Assembly: GCA_043228905.1 (NCBI GenBank)
Contig: JBHGNT010000008.1
Span: forward strand, 18,724,001 to 18,788,000
DNA: 64,000 bases
Origin: Azolla caroliniana
Lineage: Eukaryota; Plantae; Polypodiophyta
Reading direction: 5' to 3'
In this document: positions 11,301 through 22,800 of the stretch, one piece after another
Layout: each line of letters starts with the position of its first letter
How positions within the stretch are numbered: the first letter of the stretch is position 1
Program-made: the position numbers and the translations under genes
Notes under the pieces: generated by a model
What the model saw: the letters and a program-made list of their open reading frames with translations, nothing else
The model's database searches: none
What the model was told of the DNA's origin: nothing

Positions 11301-13293
11301 ATATGCGTGAAATAACCTTTCTATGTGGGATATCTACTTTTTTAACACTCATGATGTGTTAGTGTAATGGTAAGTCTTCAAATTATTAACGTGGAGGTAC
11401 AAGGTTTTAAATCTTGCCCTATACATGTAATATATATTTTAATATTTCTTCTTTTTCTTCATATTTATTCAATCTAGTACTCTATACATTTTTCACGTAG
11501 TGTACGAAATACACTACGAAAATGTTAGATCTAAAGGCCATTCTACTATAATTGGTTACAACAATTAAGTGGGCAGTGTTGACTAGCCTGCCCGAATGTT
11601 GCTTAACTTGATGAGGCATGAATGAGACTTGTTTGAAGTAGGTTCCACTCTGAGTGGCTACAATCACAAGAACAAGGTATGGCCCACTAGCCTACTTGGG
11701 AGGTGATGTAGCTCGGTGGAGTGCAAACCAACTAGTGTCTTTCTTCTCTTCTCTTAATGGTTGCCAAACTTAGGGACTTTAAGAGGATAGAGGCAAGGAT
11801 GTTGTTGGAAACAGATGACGACCGACAACGAGTTGAAGAACCTTTGCTCTCATACCATATGTTGGATGCGACTGTTAGGGTGTGGAACAAAACCATCACT
11901 CTTTGATATGAAGGTCTCTAGAGGATACAAGGAAACAAATTATGAACACAAGATAACTAAATCATAAGATAAAATCAATAAGAAAGAAATATAGAGAGAA
12001 GCACACCAAAGTAGGCACAAATAATATGTAATTGTATTATCACTCTCAAAGTTACAATGGCACAATATACAAAATGAACAACCTTAAAACTAGGTTACAA
12101 AAGTCAGTTTAAATACTAACAAACTTAGGGCAACTACCCTTTCCACTATTTACAGAAATAGCCTAAACTTGATGAGGCATGAATGAGACTTGTTTGAAGT
12201 AGGTTCCACTCTGAGTGGCTACAATCACAAGAACAAGGTATGGCCCACTAGCCTACTTGGGAGGTGATGTAGCTCGGTGGAGTGCAAACCAACTAGTGTC
12301 TTTCTTCTCTTCTCTTAATGGTTGCCAAACTTAGGGACTTTAAGAGGATAGAGGCAAGGATGTTGTTGGAAACAGATGACGACCGACAACGAGTTGAAGA
12401 ACCTTTGCTCTCATACCATATGTTGGATGCGACTGTTAGGGTGTGGAACAAAACCATCACTCTTTGATATGAAGGTCTCTAGAGGATACAAGGAAACAAA
12501 TTATGAACACAAGATAACTAAATCATAAGATAAAATCAATAAGAAAGAAATATAGAGAGAAGCACACCAAAGTAGGCACAAATAATATGTAATTGTATTA
12601 TCACTCTCAAAGTTACAATGGCACAATATACAAAATGAACAACCTTAAAACTAGGTTACAAAAGTCAGTTTAAATACTAACAAACTTAGGGCAACTACCC
12701 TTTCCACTATTTACAGAAATAGCCTAAACTTGATGAGGCATGAATGAGACTTGTTTGAAGTAGGTTCCACTCTGAGTGGCTACAATCACAAGAACAAGGT
12801 ATGGCCCACTAGCCTACTTGGGAGGTGATGTAGCTCGGTGGAGTGCAAACCAACTAGTGTCTTTCTTCTCTTCTCTTAATGGTTGCCAAACTTAGGGACT
12901 TTAAGAGGATAGAGGCAAGGATGTTGTTGGAAACAGATGACGACCGACAACGAGTTGAAGAACCTTTGCTCTCATACCATATGTTGGATGCGACTGTTAG
13001 GGTGTGGAACAAAACCATCACTCTTTGATATGAAGGTCTCTAGAGGATACAAGGAAACAAATTATGAACACAAGATAACTAAATCATAAGATAAAATCAA
13101 TAAGAAAGAAATATAGAGAGAAGCACACCAAAGTAGGCACAAATAATATGTAATTGTATTATCACTCTCAAAGTTACAATGGCACAATATACAAAATGAA
13201 CAACCTTAAAACTAGGTTACAAAAGTCAGTTTAAATACTAACAAACTTAGGGCAACTACCCTTTCCACTATTTACAGAAATAGCCTAAACTTG
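8304..13293 (-). mobile_element. Old, internally deleted (non-autonomous) Copia retrotransposon
   Basis: 3' LTR 8304-8663 with PPT 8664-8670; integrase remnant (LDLVHLDVCGPMPH*..ASYFVNFIDD) ~9050-9400; gag remnant ~9570-10180; no RT/RNaseH motifs seen; ~1.6-kb leader; PBS TGGTATGAGAGC 11846-11857; 5' LTR from 11860, truncated at its outer end and amplified in tandem. Confidence 0.85.
11605..13293. repeat. Tandem array of three 561-bp units (leader + PBS + partial LTR)
   Basis: Unit starts at 11608, 12169 and 12730, with a final junction at 13291; copies look identical; 6-bp microhomology AACTTG at the junctions. Confidence 0.95.
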
Positions 13294-13297
13294 TCCG

Positions 13298-13352
13298 GAA
13301 TAGTACTAAAGACGGAGAGGGAATTAGTACTAGAGGTAGAGGAGGATGAGTA
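13298..13352. repeat. 55-bp dispersed direct repeat, second copy at 37114-37168
   Basis: gaatagtactaaagacggagagggaattagtactagaggtagaggaggatgagta is identical at both sites. Confidence 0.9.
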
Positions 13353-13387
13353 TTATGAGTACTTAAGAGGAAAAGATGGTGTAGAAC

Positions 13388-13391
<4 letters not shown>

Positions 13392-13448
<57 letters not shown>
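13392..13448. repeat. (GA)n microsatellite
   Basis: Directly visible. Confidence 0.97.
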
Positions 13449-13452
<4 letters not shown>

Positions 13453-14610
13453 TGGCAATTACTGAATGGATGTATTTCTCTTAAGAATCCGGGCTCTACA
13501 TGTGTTCAACACTTGGTTACCTCATGGCAAGAAGCACTCTTGTTATGTGTATGGAAACCATCATCTAGTAGAGAGCATTGTAATTCTTTGCAAAAAGAGT
13601 TGCTTGTGTCGTCTCGGTTAGTATGTTGGCCAGGAAAGGAATGATTGCGCTCTCAATTTAATCATTGTTTCGTTTGGGGGTCAAAGAGGTGGGAGATATA
13701 GTTGAGGCTTCATCTCAAAAAAATTTGGAGTTTGTTGAAGCGCGACAATTATTACGCATTCCGCCTAATTATGAGTTTATTTGGCAACAACTACAAAATA
13801 TTCCATTGATGCAAGGTCCCTTACCTCTACAAACAGGAGAACAATCGTGGATTGGTGTTTAAAGGGTCAAACGTCTTTGTTACAAGTGACTACTAATCTT
13901 TTGTATCATTGCTCTGTTGAGTCTGTTGGATGGTTATCATCTACGGCAGAAGAAGAATGACGAATACGCAAATCTGATCATGGGTGGTGGCAGATCTTAC
14001 AAAGTAGTTGGCATTCAAAATTGCCACTTGTAGCAAAGGTCTTCATTTGGAGAGTTTTGATTGGAGATTTGCCTTTGGGATTAGCTCTAAAGTGTCGTGG
14101 ATTAGCAACGGGTAATTGCTTTTTTTGCACAGTTCAAATGGAAGATAGTACTCATCGATTTATACAATGTCCACTTGCTTGCTAGATTTGGAGTTACATT
14201 TCTCAAATTTGGCAAGTCTTATCATGGTGTTATTTGACACCTAGACAATGGGTGTTTGCTTAATTTACACAGGTTCACCCAACATCAGAGATGGAGATTG
14301 TTTTTCTATTGATGAGATATTGGGGATTGCGTCATAATTGGAATATGCGCAACGCTTTTGTATTCGATGGTAGACATGGATTGAAAGGATATATACGAAA
14401 GTTGAAGGGAGTTCTAATGTGACAATTTTCTTTATTGGAGCAAGTGGAAAATCTTTCCTCGGTGGAGTGTTCGTCTTGCCTATTGGCAATTCAACATGTT
14501 CCACTACCCATGTAGTGTAGTTAGTGGGTGACCATACTCCATTGTCACACCCATTGTAAGTAGTGTTTTTTACACAGATTTATTAATATAATTGTGTGTT
14601 TTCACCAAAA
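13449..14610 (+). mobile_element. 5'-truncated L1/Tx1-type LINE remnant (ORF2 C-terminus with zf-RVT)
   Basis: + strand ~13983-14190, across one frameshift, reads WWQILQSSWHSKLPLVAKVFIWRVLIGDLPLGLALKCRGLATGNCFF/CTVQMEDSTHRFIQCPLAC*IW, the C-x2-C-x8-H-x4-C zf-RVT motif of L1 ORF2. Confidence 0.75.
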
Positions 14611-14611
14611 A

Positions 14612-16720
14612 GAGATAGATAGATAGATTATATTATCGTCTTCGGAGGTCAAATATGACCTATGAGACCAAAAATATTACATTTCACGTGATACGTGTGA
14701 AAGTGAGTAGTGACTCTCGATGTTCAAGAACTTTACTAATGAATGTTGCAATCGAGAGTGCACATTGTGGTTGTGAGAGGAATTCATGCAAGGATTGGGC
14801 TCGGTCGAAGAGATGTGGAAAGCATGGTCGAATATGATCAAAGGTAGAGCATTGTATCAAAGTGTGATACTCAGACTCGTGAACTTGTATAGGGCAAAGT
14901 GTGCATAGCCGACCACTCTCATCACTTGTGCCCCAATGCCTTGTCTCACATCACAATGCATGTGAGCTAGGTCACATGGAAGCAATGGTTCGAATGACAG
15001 ATAATGGTATGGGCTCTAACATGTATCGATGTGTACGGTTTCCCTGTTTCGCAAAGAATATGGTTTTGTAGTTAGGTGCAACATGTGTAGTATAATGTGT
15101 GAAGCGTGAGCCTCCACATTTGTCCCATGTAATGATACATTGGCATTGCAAAAAGGCCTCATTTACAATGGAATCTAGTGATGCATCATGAAGCAAGTGT
15201 CTCGCATCCCATCTACCAAACCATTTTTCTATATCTTGCATCCAACCGGAACACAAAAATTTGCTTTTACGCGTCTTTTGGATATTTTTGCTTGCTTCCC
15301 ATGCAATTCTAGGAAGTCGATGCAAGGGACTTTTTAAAACCTTAAGCATGTATTCAACAACCCTTTCCATGGCCATGATCTCAATGGGAAGCGATCATGT
15401 CTCAAGGAGCAGGAGAAGGAGTGTGTAGGGCGTTTGTTTTTTAACTTGTAGAAACTTTGTAAGAACTTGTTTTTGGACATTTTCAAACTCTTTCCACATA
15501 GATTTAGGCCACCCCATAGAGAAGAACCCGTGTCACCAAAGTGTCGAAAAGATATTTCTTGAGGACCCAACACTTAATATCTCCAAGATTGCGTGTGTTC
15601 TCAAATGTATAATATGCTCGCTTACCCGCCTCTTAGCGGCGTGTAGCACATTCATTCCATCTATGATTTGAAGGAACTTCAAGGCCAAGATATCTGAAGC
15701 TTTCCACACATTCAAGTGACTCATTGTTATACATAATGCATGGTTTATCTCTTTTGTGGCTCTTCACAAGCATAATCTTTGTTTTAGAGCTATTGCCACT
15801 TAATTTAGTATGCATACAAAATTTTTCCAGTGCCTTCATAAGCTTTTGTGCATATCCTAAAGTATTTGCAAAAAGCACTAGATCATCTGCATATAGCAAA
15901 AACATAATCACAACGTTCCCAATGGCAACTTCTTCAACACATTCTTCTTTGCAAACTTGGTAACCATTTCTTCCAATTCATCAATGCATAGACCAAATAG
16001 TGTTGGTGAGAGTGGGCATCCTTGCTTAACACCAATAATGCTTTTGAAAAAACTTGAAAGTTTATCTGTCATACGCAGACAACATATAACCTTCTCATAA
16101 ATTCAGGAAATTGCAAGCATATATTTAGTTGGCACCTCAAGTTCTTCCATTTGCCTCCAAAGATGCTCACAAGGTACCATATCAAAAGCTTTCTTGAAGT
16201 CTACAAAGCAACAATATAAACCTTTACCTCTAAGGCGACTTTCCTCCATTAATACTCGAAACGGTGACAAGGTGATAAATGATGCTATAGTGTTTTCGAA
16301 AGCTAGCTTGTCCATAAGCTCTCTTACCATTTTTTTCAGCCCATACACTTATCTTTGATTCCATTATACATCCAAATAGTTTGCCAACCATGATGGTTCA
16401 ATAGTTGTTTACATTATTTACATCTCCACCTTTATGTAAAGGTTTGATCCCATTTGTAGTCCAATCGTACGACATACCATGTTGCAATGCATCATTAAAC
16501 ATATCGTTTATCTATACATATGCTTCCTTTCCCATTGAAGATCGCTTGCCTTTTGAGAGGCCAATTTCTTAAGTCCTATGCATATATCTTCAATAGTAAA
16601 GAAGGGAGACATATGTGAAAGAGAACCATAACACATCATCTTTCCGTCAAGAGATAACTCATATAATTCTTACAATGCATAGACAAGTCTTGAAGAGTTA
16701 AGTCGCCATAACTCTCAACA
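14612..16720 (-). mobile_element. Degenerate non-LTR retrotransposon (RT domain; RTE/L2-Crack-like C-terminus) with short-repeat tail
   Basis: RT motifs FVDFKKAFDMV (16103-16348), GVKQGCPLSPTLF (~16000-16035), LLYADDLVL and FRYLG (15633-15911); C-terminal SSHAL*CET..W and C-x2-C...ESEYH-type motif; (ATCT)n tail at 14612-14627. Clade is inferred. Confidence 0.85.
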
Positions 16721-16959
16721 CGTTTCATAGATGACAATAGAAGATATACATTATAAGGAGAAAGATACAAGTACAACTAGGAGGCTTAAGACATTTCTCA
16801 ATAATGTCTTAAGCCGAATTTGTTCTCAATAATGTCATGTGCCTCTGTTTATAGTGTGCTTAGGAGTATTCTTGACATTTCTAGAATGTTCTAGAGAAAT
16901 CTAGAATATACATGGATTTCCTAAGTGAAATAATAAATGAAAACAATATTCTTTGTATT

Positions 16960-17032
16960 ACAATGTATAGTTTAATGGTAGGGCTTTAGCCCATGTGACA
17001 CAAGGTCATGGGTTCAAATCCATTTGAAGCCA
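16960..17032 (+). other. tRNA-like sequence (Pol III A/B boxes) inside the Gypsy LTR, antisense to the element
   Basis: A-box TAGTTTAATGG 16968-16978, B-box GGTTCAAATCC 17011-17021 at tRNA-like spacing; partial D- and T-stems; no clean acceptor or anticodon arm. Confidence 0.6.
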
Positions 17033-19887
17033 TCCTATATCATGGCACTACCCCCCCCCCCCTTTTAAGACGACGAGTGTTATGAATCGTCTTAGATTGA
17101 GGACCTGGTTTGTCAGGATATTGTCGATGGAAGTCCTCAATAAGAGCTCGAGCATTTGCTACGTTCTTGACTGGTTCCCAAGTACGCTCGCTTGGACTAT
17201 AGTGTAGCCAATAGACCAAATAGTAGAGCTTGTTGCGAATCATCTTGGAATCGAGGATGGCAGCAACTTCGTACTCCAGTCCTGCTTCAAGCTTGATCGG
17301 GGGTGGAGGTGGTGTAATACGATTCGGAATAGTGTTGTCTTGATAGGGTTCGAGGAGAGAACTATGAAAAAACGGATGTATCCGTAGTTGCGGAGGTAGA
17401 TCAAGACGAAAAGTGACATCATTAATTTTTCCGATAATACGGAAAGGACCTAATCGCATTTATCGCATGGTCAAGTAGTCTTGATGTGTTGTTGTAATAG
17501 CCATACATGATCTCCAATGTTAAAACAAGATGGAAGTTGATGACGATCCGCATAATCTTTCTGTGTTTGTTGAGCTTGATGTAAATGGGTAGATCGGTCT
17601 GCGTGTATCTTGCGTAGCCGCTCCAAATGATCCTCTACACGAGGATTTGTGGGTAATTCCGGAGTTTTGAATACACACCACCGAGGATGATAGCCTGTAT
17701 AAGCATAAAATGGTGTAACCCTAGTCGATGAGTGGATAGAGTTATTATAAGCAAATTCGGCAAATTGGAGAATATCCACCCAATCATCTCGTTGATAGCT
17801 TAGAAAACACCAAAGATACTATTCCAACGTTTGATGTGTTCATTCTGCTTGTCCGTCTGTTTGAGGGTGATAGCCAGAGGAGAGGTTACAAGTGACCTTG
17901 AGCATTTTGAAGAGATTCTTCGAGAATTTCGAGATGAATTGAGGTCCACGGTCACGGATAATACTATATGGGAGGCCCTGATGCCGAAATACCTCACACA
18001 TGACAATTTCGACAGTTTCTTCGTTAGTGATTTCCTTAGTACAAGGTAGGAAATGTGCCATCTTAGTATATCGATCTACAACTGTTAAGATCGCATCAAA
18101 TCCCATTGAAACTGGAAGATCTGGGATAAAATCTAGAGAAATGGACTGCCACACCTTGCTTGGATTTGGTAGTGGTTCCAATAAACCGTATGGATGATGT
18201 CTTGGCATCTTTGCTCTGCAACATGTATCACATGTCTGCACATAGTCTTCGATAAATCGTCGCATATGAGGCCACCAAAATTATCGTTGTGCTAAATCCA
18301 ACCTTTTAGTACTACCAAAATGTCCAGCTGTATATGTGTCATGACAATTTTGGACTACTCGAAGGAGACAAGAACCATTGGGAACATACAAAATTTTCTT
18401 AAAGAATAGTAATCCATCATGACATTTGAATTGTCGATAGTCCATACCTAGTTGTTGTGACTGTGAACAGAATGCCCGAGAGGAATCAATTTGTGCTAGA
18501 ATGGCTTGAGCGAAAACGTTTGTCTTCAAGTCTTCACGTATGGTATCGATAATGCGATTTCGAATGTCGAATGAACCCGTTTGCCAAATTCTACTCTATG
18601 TAGGCTCTAAGGATTTCTAGCTCGGTTGGTGACAAGTTGTAGATCAGTCCCCATGGTGGCTCTTTTCTTGGTTGTAAATCAATGGGACAATCATACGATC
18701 AATGGTGAGGAAGAGTACTGGCTTGTACCTTATCAAACATGTCGATATAATGACGATACTTCTCTGGAAGTTGATGTAGGGATTCCTCTTTAGTGGTGCT
18801 GGAAGGTTTTACTGATATTGCGAATACAAACATTGATTCATTGCATCCTTCCTCATGCAATTGAAGTAGCGAAATGCTTGAAATTTGATGAGTAGATCCT
18901 CGAGTTTGTTGATATCGGATTTCTCTTGTACTCCAATCTATGTCTGGGTTATGTAATTCGAACCATGGTAGCCACAAGACAATTGGATGCTCTGGACTAC
19001 TAATTATATTAAATGATACTAGACACACCAAATTATCTAGGACAACTTGAATCAACTCGGACTCTTCTACGATATTTCTGGAAGCTGGGTAAGGAAGCTT
19101 TCTTAGGGATATCTGATGAGCTTGGGCAAAATTCCTATCCATAAAGCAAGATTTGGCTTTGGAATCTAAGAGTGCTAAGACATGTACTGGAGGCGTACTT
19201 TTAGTACTAAATGTTACTTGAGCAGTCGTTCAACTCTTCTTCTAACTGACGAAGGACTTCAAATTTGTTCAATAGACTTGGGCTATTAGTACTATTAGGA
19301 CTATCAGACACTCCAACTGAAGTAGACTTGGGTTTAGTACAAGCTACTATTTGATTTACCTGTCTTCTTGGCCTATGTGGACAATTTACTGCGATATGCC
19401 TTGGTCCTTTGCAATAAAGACATAATCGATTTGCTCGGCGTCATTGCTTTTCTTCTTTTGACAATGGTCCACGACAACGTGTGATGTCGATTTCCATCGA
19501 TGTTGGAGTATTTGTCGAAGATGCATTATATGACTCCCTTGCAAATGGTTTTGCTATGACCGAGGCGTATGTGGGCTCCGACCTAGTCCATGACATTTGT
19601 AACTGGTGTTTCGAACGTCATTTGAAAAGCCTATTATCGCATCGTACTGCTTGACTGATTGCCTTGGGGGAAAGTCAGGAGTAAGTCTTTGACATCAATG
19701 CTTGATCATCCCTGGGGATATCGGAGGCGAGTAGATGGAAATCTGTAGCGTAAGTGGAGGGTGGTCAATCACCTTGACATAATCGTCAGATTTTGTTGTT
19801 TGTCGTCCTTATGCTATTAGTATCTCCAAATAGGCTTTAAACTCGCTTATAAACTCCTCAAAATTATTTAGTAATGGAGATCCTTTT

Positions 19888-22800
19888 TGTTGGGATTACG
19901 GTCCCTCCGGATGGGATGGTCAGATGTCCGGGAATCGGGAATGAAGACCAGATTGAGGAGTACCCGGTATCGGAACCGGGATGATGAAGACCCGGTTTCG
20001 GATCCGGATGATGAAGACCCCGGCTACGGAGCCGGATGACGAATGTACCCGGAGAGAGATCCGGATGCGGGGACATATTTGTGAATATGTTTGCCAAGGG
20101 CCCTCTAGGCTATATTTGTAAATAGCCCGACAATCATATGTGTATAAATATGACTTAGGGCAAACAGTTTTGTTGTTGTTGCTTATTTTTCTGTTTTCCA
20201 CTTAGAGGGAGCGAAGTGAGAGCAGCCGAGAGAGAGAGTGAGAGAGAGAGTGAAAGGAAGAGGTCGACGCCTCTGTGTAATACCGCCGCCTGTGGCGAGG
20301 ACAGCGAGCTCAAGGTCGTCGCCTTGCAGCTCGCCATTGTACATTCCCTGCGGATAGTGATAGTTGGAGTCTTGCACTCCCGTGGTTTTTCCCGTCTAGG
20401 GTTTTCCACGCTAAACCCTGTGCATTCGAGTCTCTCTCTCTGTGTTTTCGATTTACTGCTGCATTGACTCGTGTTTCCTCGGTTGTGGCCGAGAGGCGAA
20501 GGTTTTGAAAGCGTCAATTACTAACAATCTGGTATCAGAGCGACTGCAGTGCAGAAAATGGAAGGCGGCAGCAGCGGGCAGCCGGGGATGATGGTGCTGA
20601 ATGCGCAGAACTACGCCGACTGGAAGATAAAGATGGAGGATCTGCTCATTGTTCGGGACCTGTATGAACCGATCGACAGGTCGGAAATACCCAAGGGGGC
20701 ACTTGAGACGGAATGGAGGCTTCTGAACCGGAAAGCCGTTGCAACCATTCGGCAATACGTCGACGTGAGCGTTCTACAACATGTGGCGAACGACACCAAC
20801 GCATATGAGATGTGGCAGAAGCTGTCGGGCCTCTACGAGAGGAAGAATGCGTTGAACCGGACCTCCCTGATGAGGAAGATAGTGAACCTCAAGTACCGGG
20901 ACGGCGAGAGTATGGTGGAACACGTAAGCATGTTCATGGGATTCGTGAACCAGCTTGCGGCGATCAAGTTCCCGTTGGAGGATGCAATGCAAGCCATCAT
21001 GCTGATGTGTACATTGCCGGAAAGCTGGGAGAACTTGGTGGTGACTCTCAGCACCTCCTGCACCGAAGATAACTTGTCCCTACAAACGGTAAAGACAAGC
21101 ATTTTGAACGAAGAAGCGCGTCGGAGAGATAAAGAACCGGCCTCCGATCCGAAGATGCTGCTTACGGAATCGGATCGGGGAAGACAACGGAACCGGAGTC
21201 CGCAAAGACGGGAGAAGTCGGGGACTCGGTCGCAGTCGAGAGGAAGGCCCACATGCTTCCACTGTGGGAAGCCGGGGCACTTCCGAAAGAATTGTCGGCA
21301 TTACCGAAAAGACAACGGAGCCGACGACACCGATTCGAAGAAGTCTTCGGAACGGAACGGTGCTTACCGGGGAGCCACGGACCGGAATGGTTCGGATCGG
21401 CGAGGGCAGGACCGGAAAGGAACGACGGCACTCGCGGCAAGTGAAGAGGAGATCATGCTCATCACCGAAGAAGGTGAACTAAACATTGCCGGCGATGAGA
21501 CTACCTGGGTGGTCGATTCCGGAGCGTCGTTCCACCTGACCCCGGAAAGAAGATACTTCTCATCCTACACAGCCGGTGAGCATGGCTGTGTTCGGATGGG
21601 AAATGAAGGTACGTGCCGGATTGCCGGCATAGGAGACGTGTGGTTGACAACCTCGACCGGATGCAAAATGTTGCTGAAGGATGTCCGACACGTTCCGGAG
21701 GTTCGATTGAACCTGATTTCGGCCGGGAGGCTAGACGATGAAGGCTACACAGGTAGCATCCGGAACTGCGTAATGAAATTCAGCAAGGGGAGCTTGATAG
21801 TGGCTCGGGCCCGGAAAGTCAACACACTGTACCTTATGAATGCCTGGTTGTGTCCGGAGGAGTTGAACGTGGCAGCCGACACTGCCGGTGAGCTGTGGCA
21901 CAAGAGACTGTGCCACATGAGTGAGAAGGGGATGAAGAGGCTTGCAGAAGACAACCTTATTCCAGTGAAGCATGTGCACCTGGAGAAGTGCACCGATTGC
22001 CTGGCCGGTAAGCAGAACCGAACCTCCTTCCACTCAAGGCCACCGACGAGACGTAGCGCACCATTGGAGTTGGTGCACACTGACGTGTGTCAAGTAGAAA
22101 CGAAGTCACATGGCGGAGCCCAGTACTTCGTGACATTCATTGATGACCACAGCCGGAAGCTGTGGACGGCACCGTTGAAGACAAAGGACCAAGTGTTGTG
22201 CGTCTTCAAAGAACTCCACGCGAGAGTGGAAAGGGAATCCGGCAAGAAGCTGAAAGCGATACGAGCGGATAACGGAGGGGAATACCGGGGGCAGTTCGAG
22301 GAGTACTGTCGCTCGAAGGGAATCCGGCTCGAGTTTACTGTGCCGAAGACGCCGAAACTGAACAGGCTGGCCGAGAGGATGAACCGGACCATAATGGAGA
22401 GGGTCCGGAGTATGCTGGCGCATGCGAAATTACCCAAGGGGTTTTGGGCTGAGGCAATGTCGACGGCGACATACGTGATAAACAGATCACCCTCAGTACC
22501 TTTGGACGGAGACACGCCGCAGAGAGTGTGGACCGGTAGGGAAGTATCCTACCGGCATCTGAAGGTGTTCGGGTGTCTCGCATATGTGAATGTGGCAAAG
22601 GACCGGAGAGGAAAGCTAGATCCAAAGACCCGGCCATGCATATTCCTCGGTTACGGCGATGACGTGTTCGGCTACCGAGTATGGGACCCGGTCGACAAAA
22701 AGATATTCCGGAGTCGTGATATCATCTTCATGGAGGACAAGACACTCGCCGACTGGGAGTCGGAGAAGAAGATGAAGAGCTCCAAGTCGACCGGTGAGGA

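Noticed and set aside
11708-11725. A-box-like TAGCTCGGTGG in each 561-bp unit
   Set aside because: No downstream B-box or tRNA fold.
16960-17032. Functional tRNA gene
   Set aside because: No paired acceptor stem or clear anticodon arm; kept only as a tRNA-like module.
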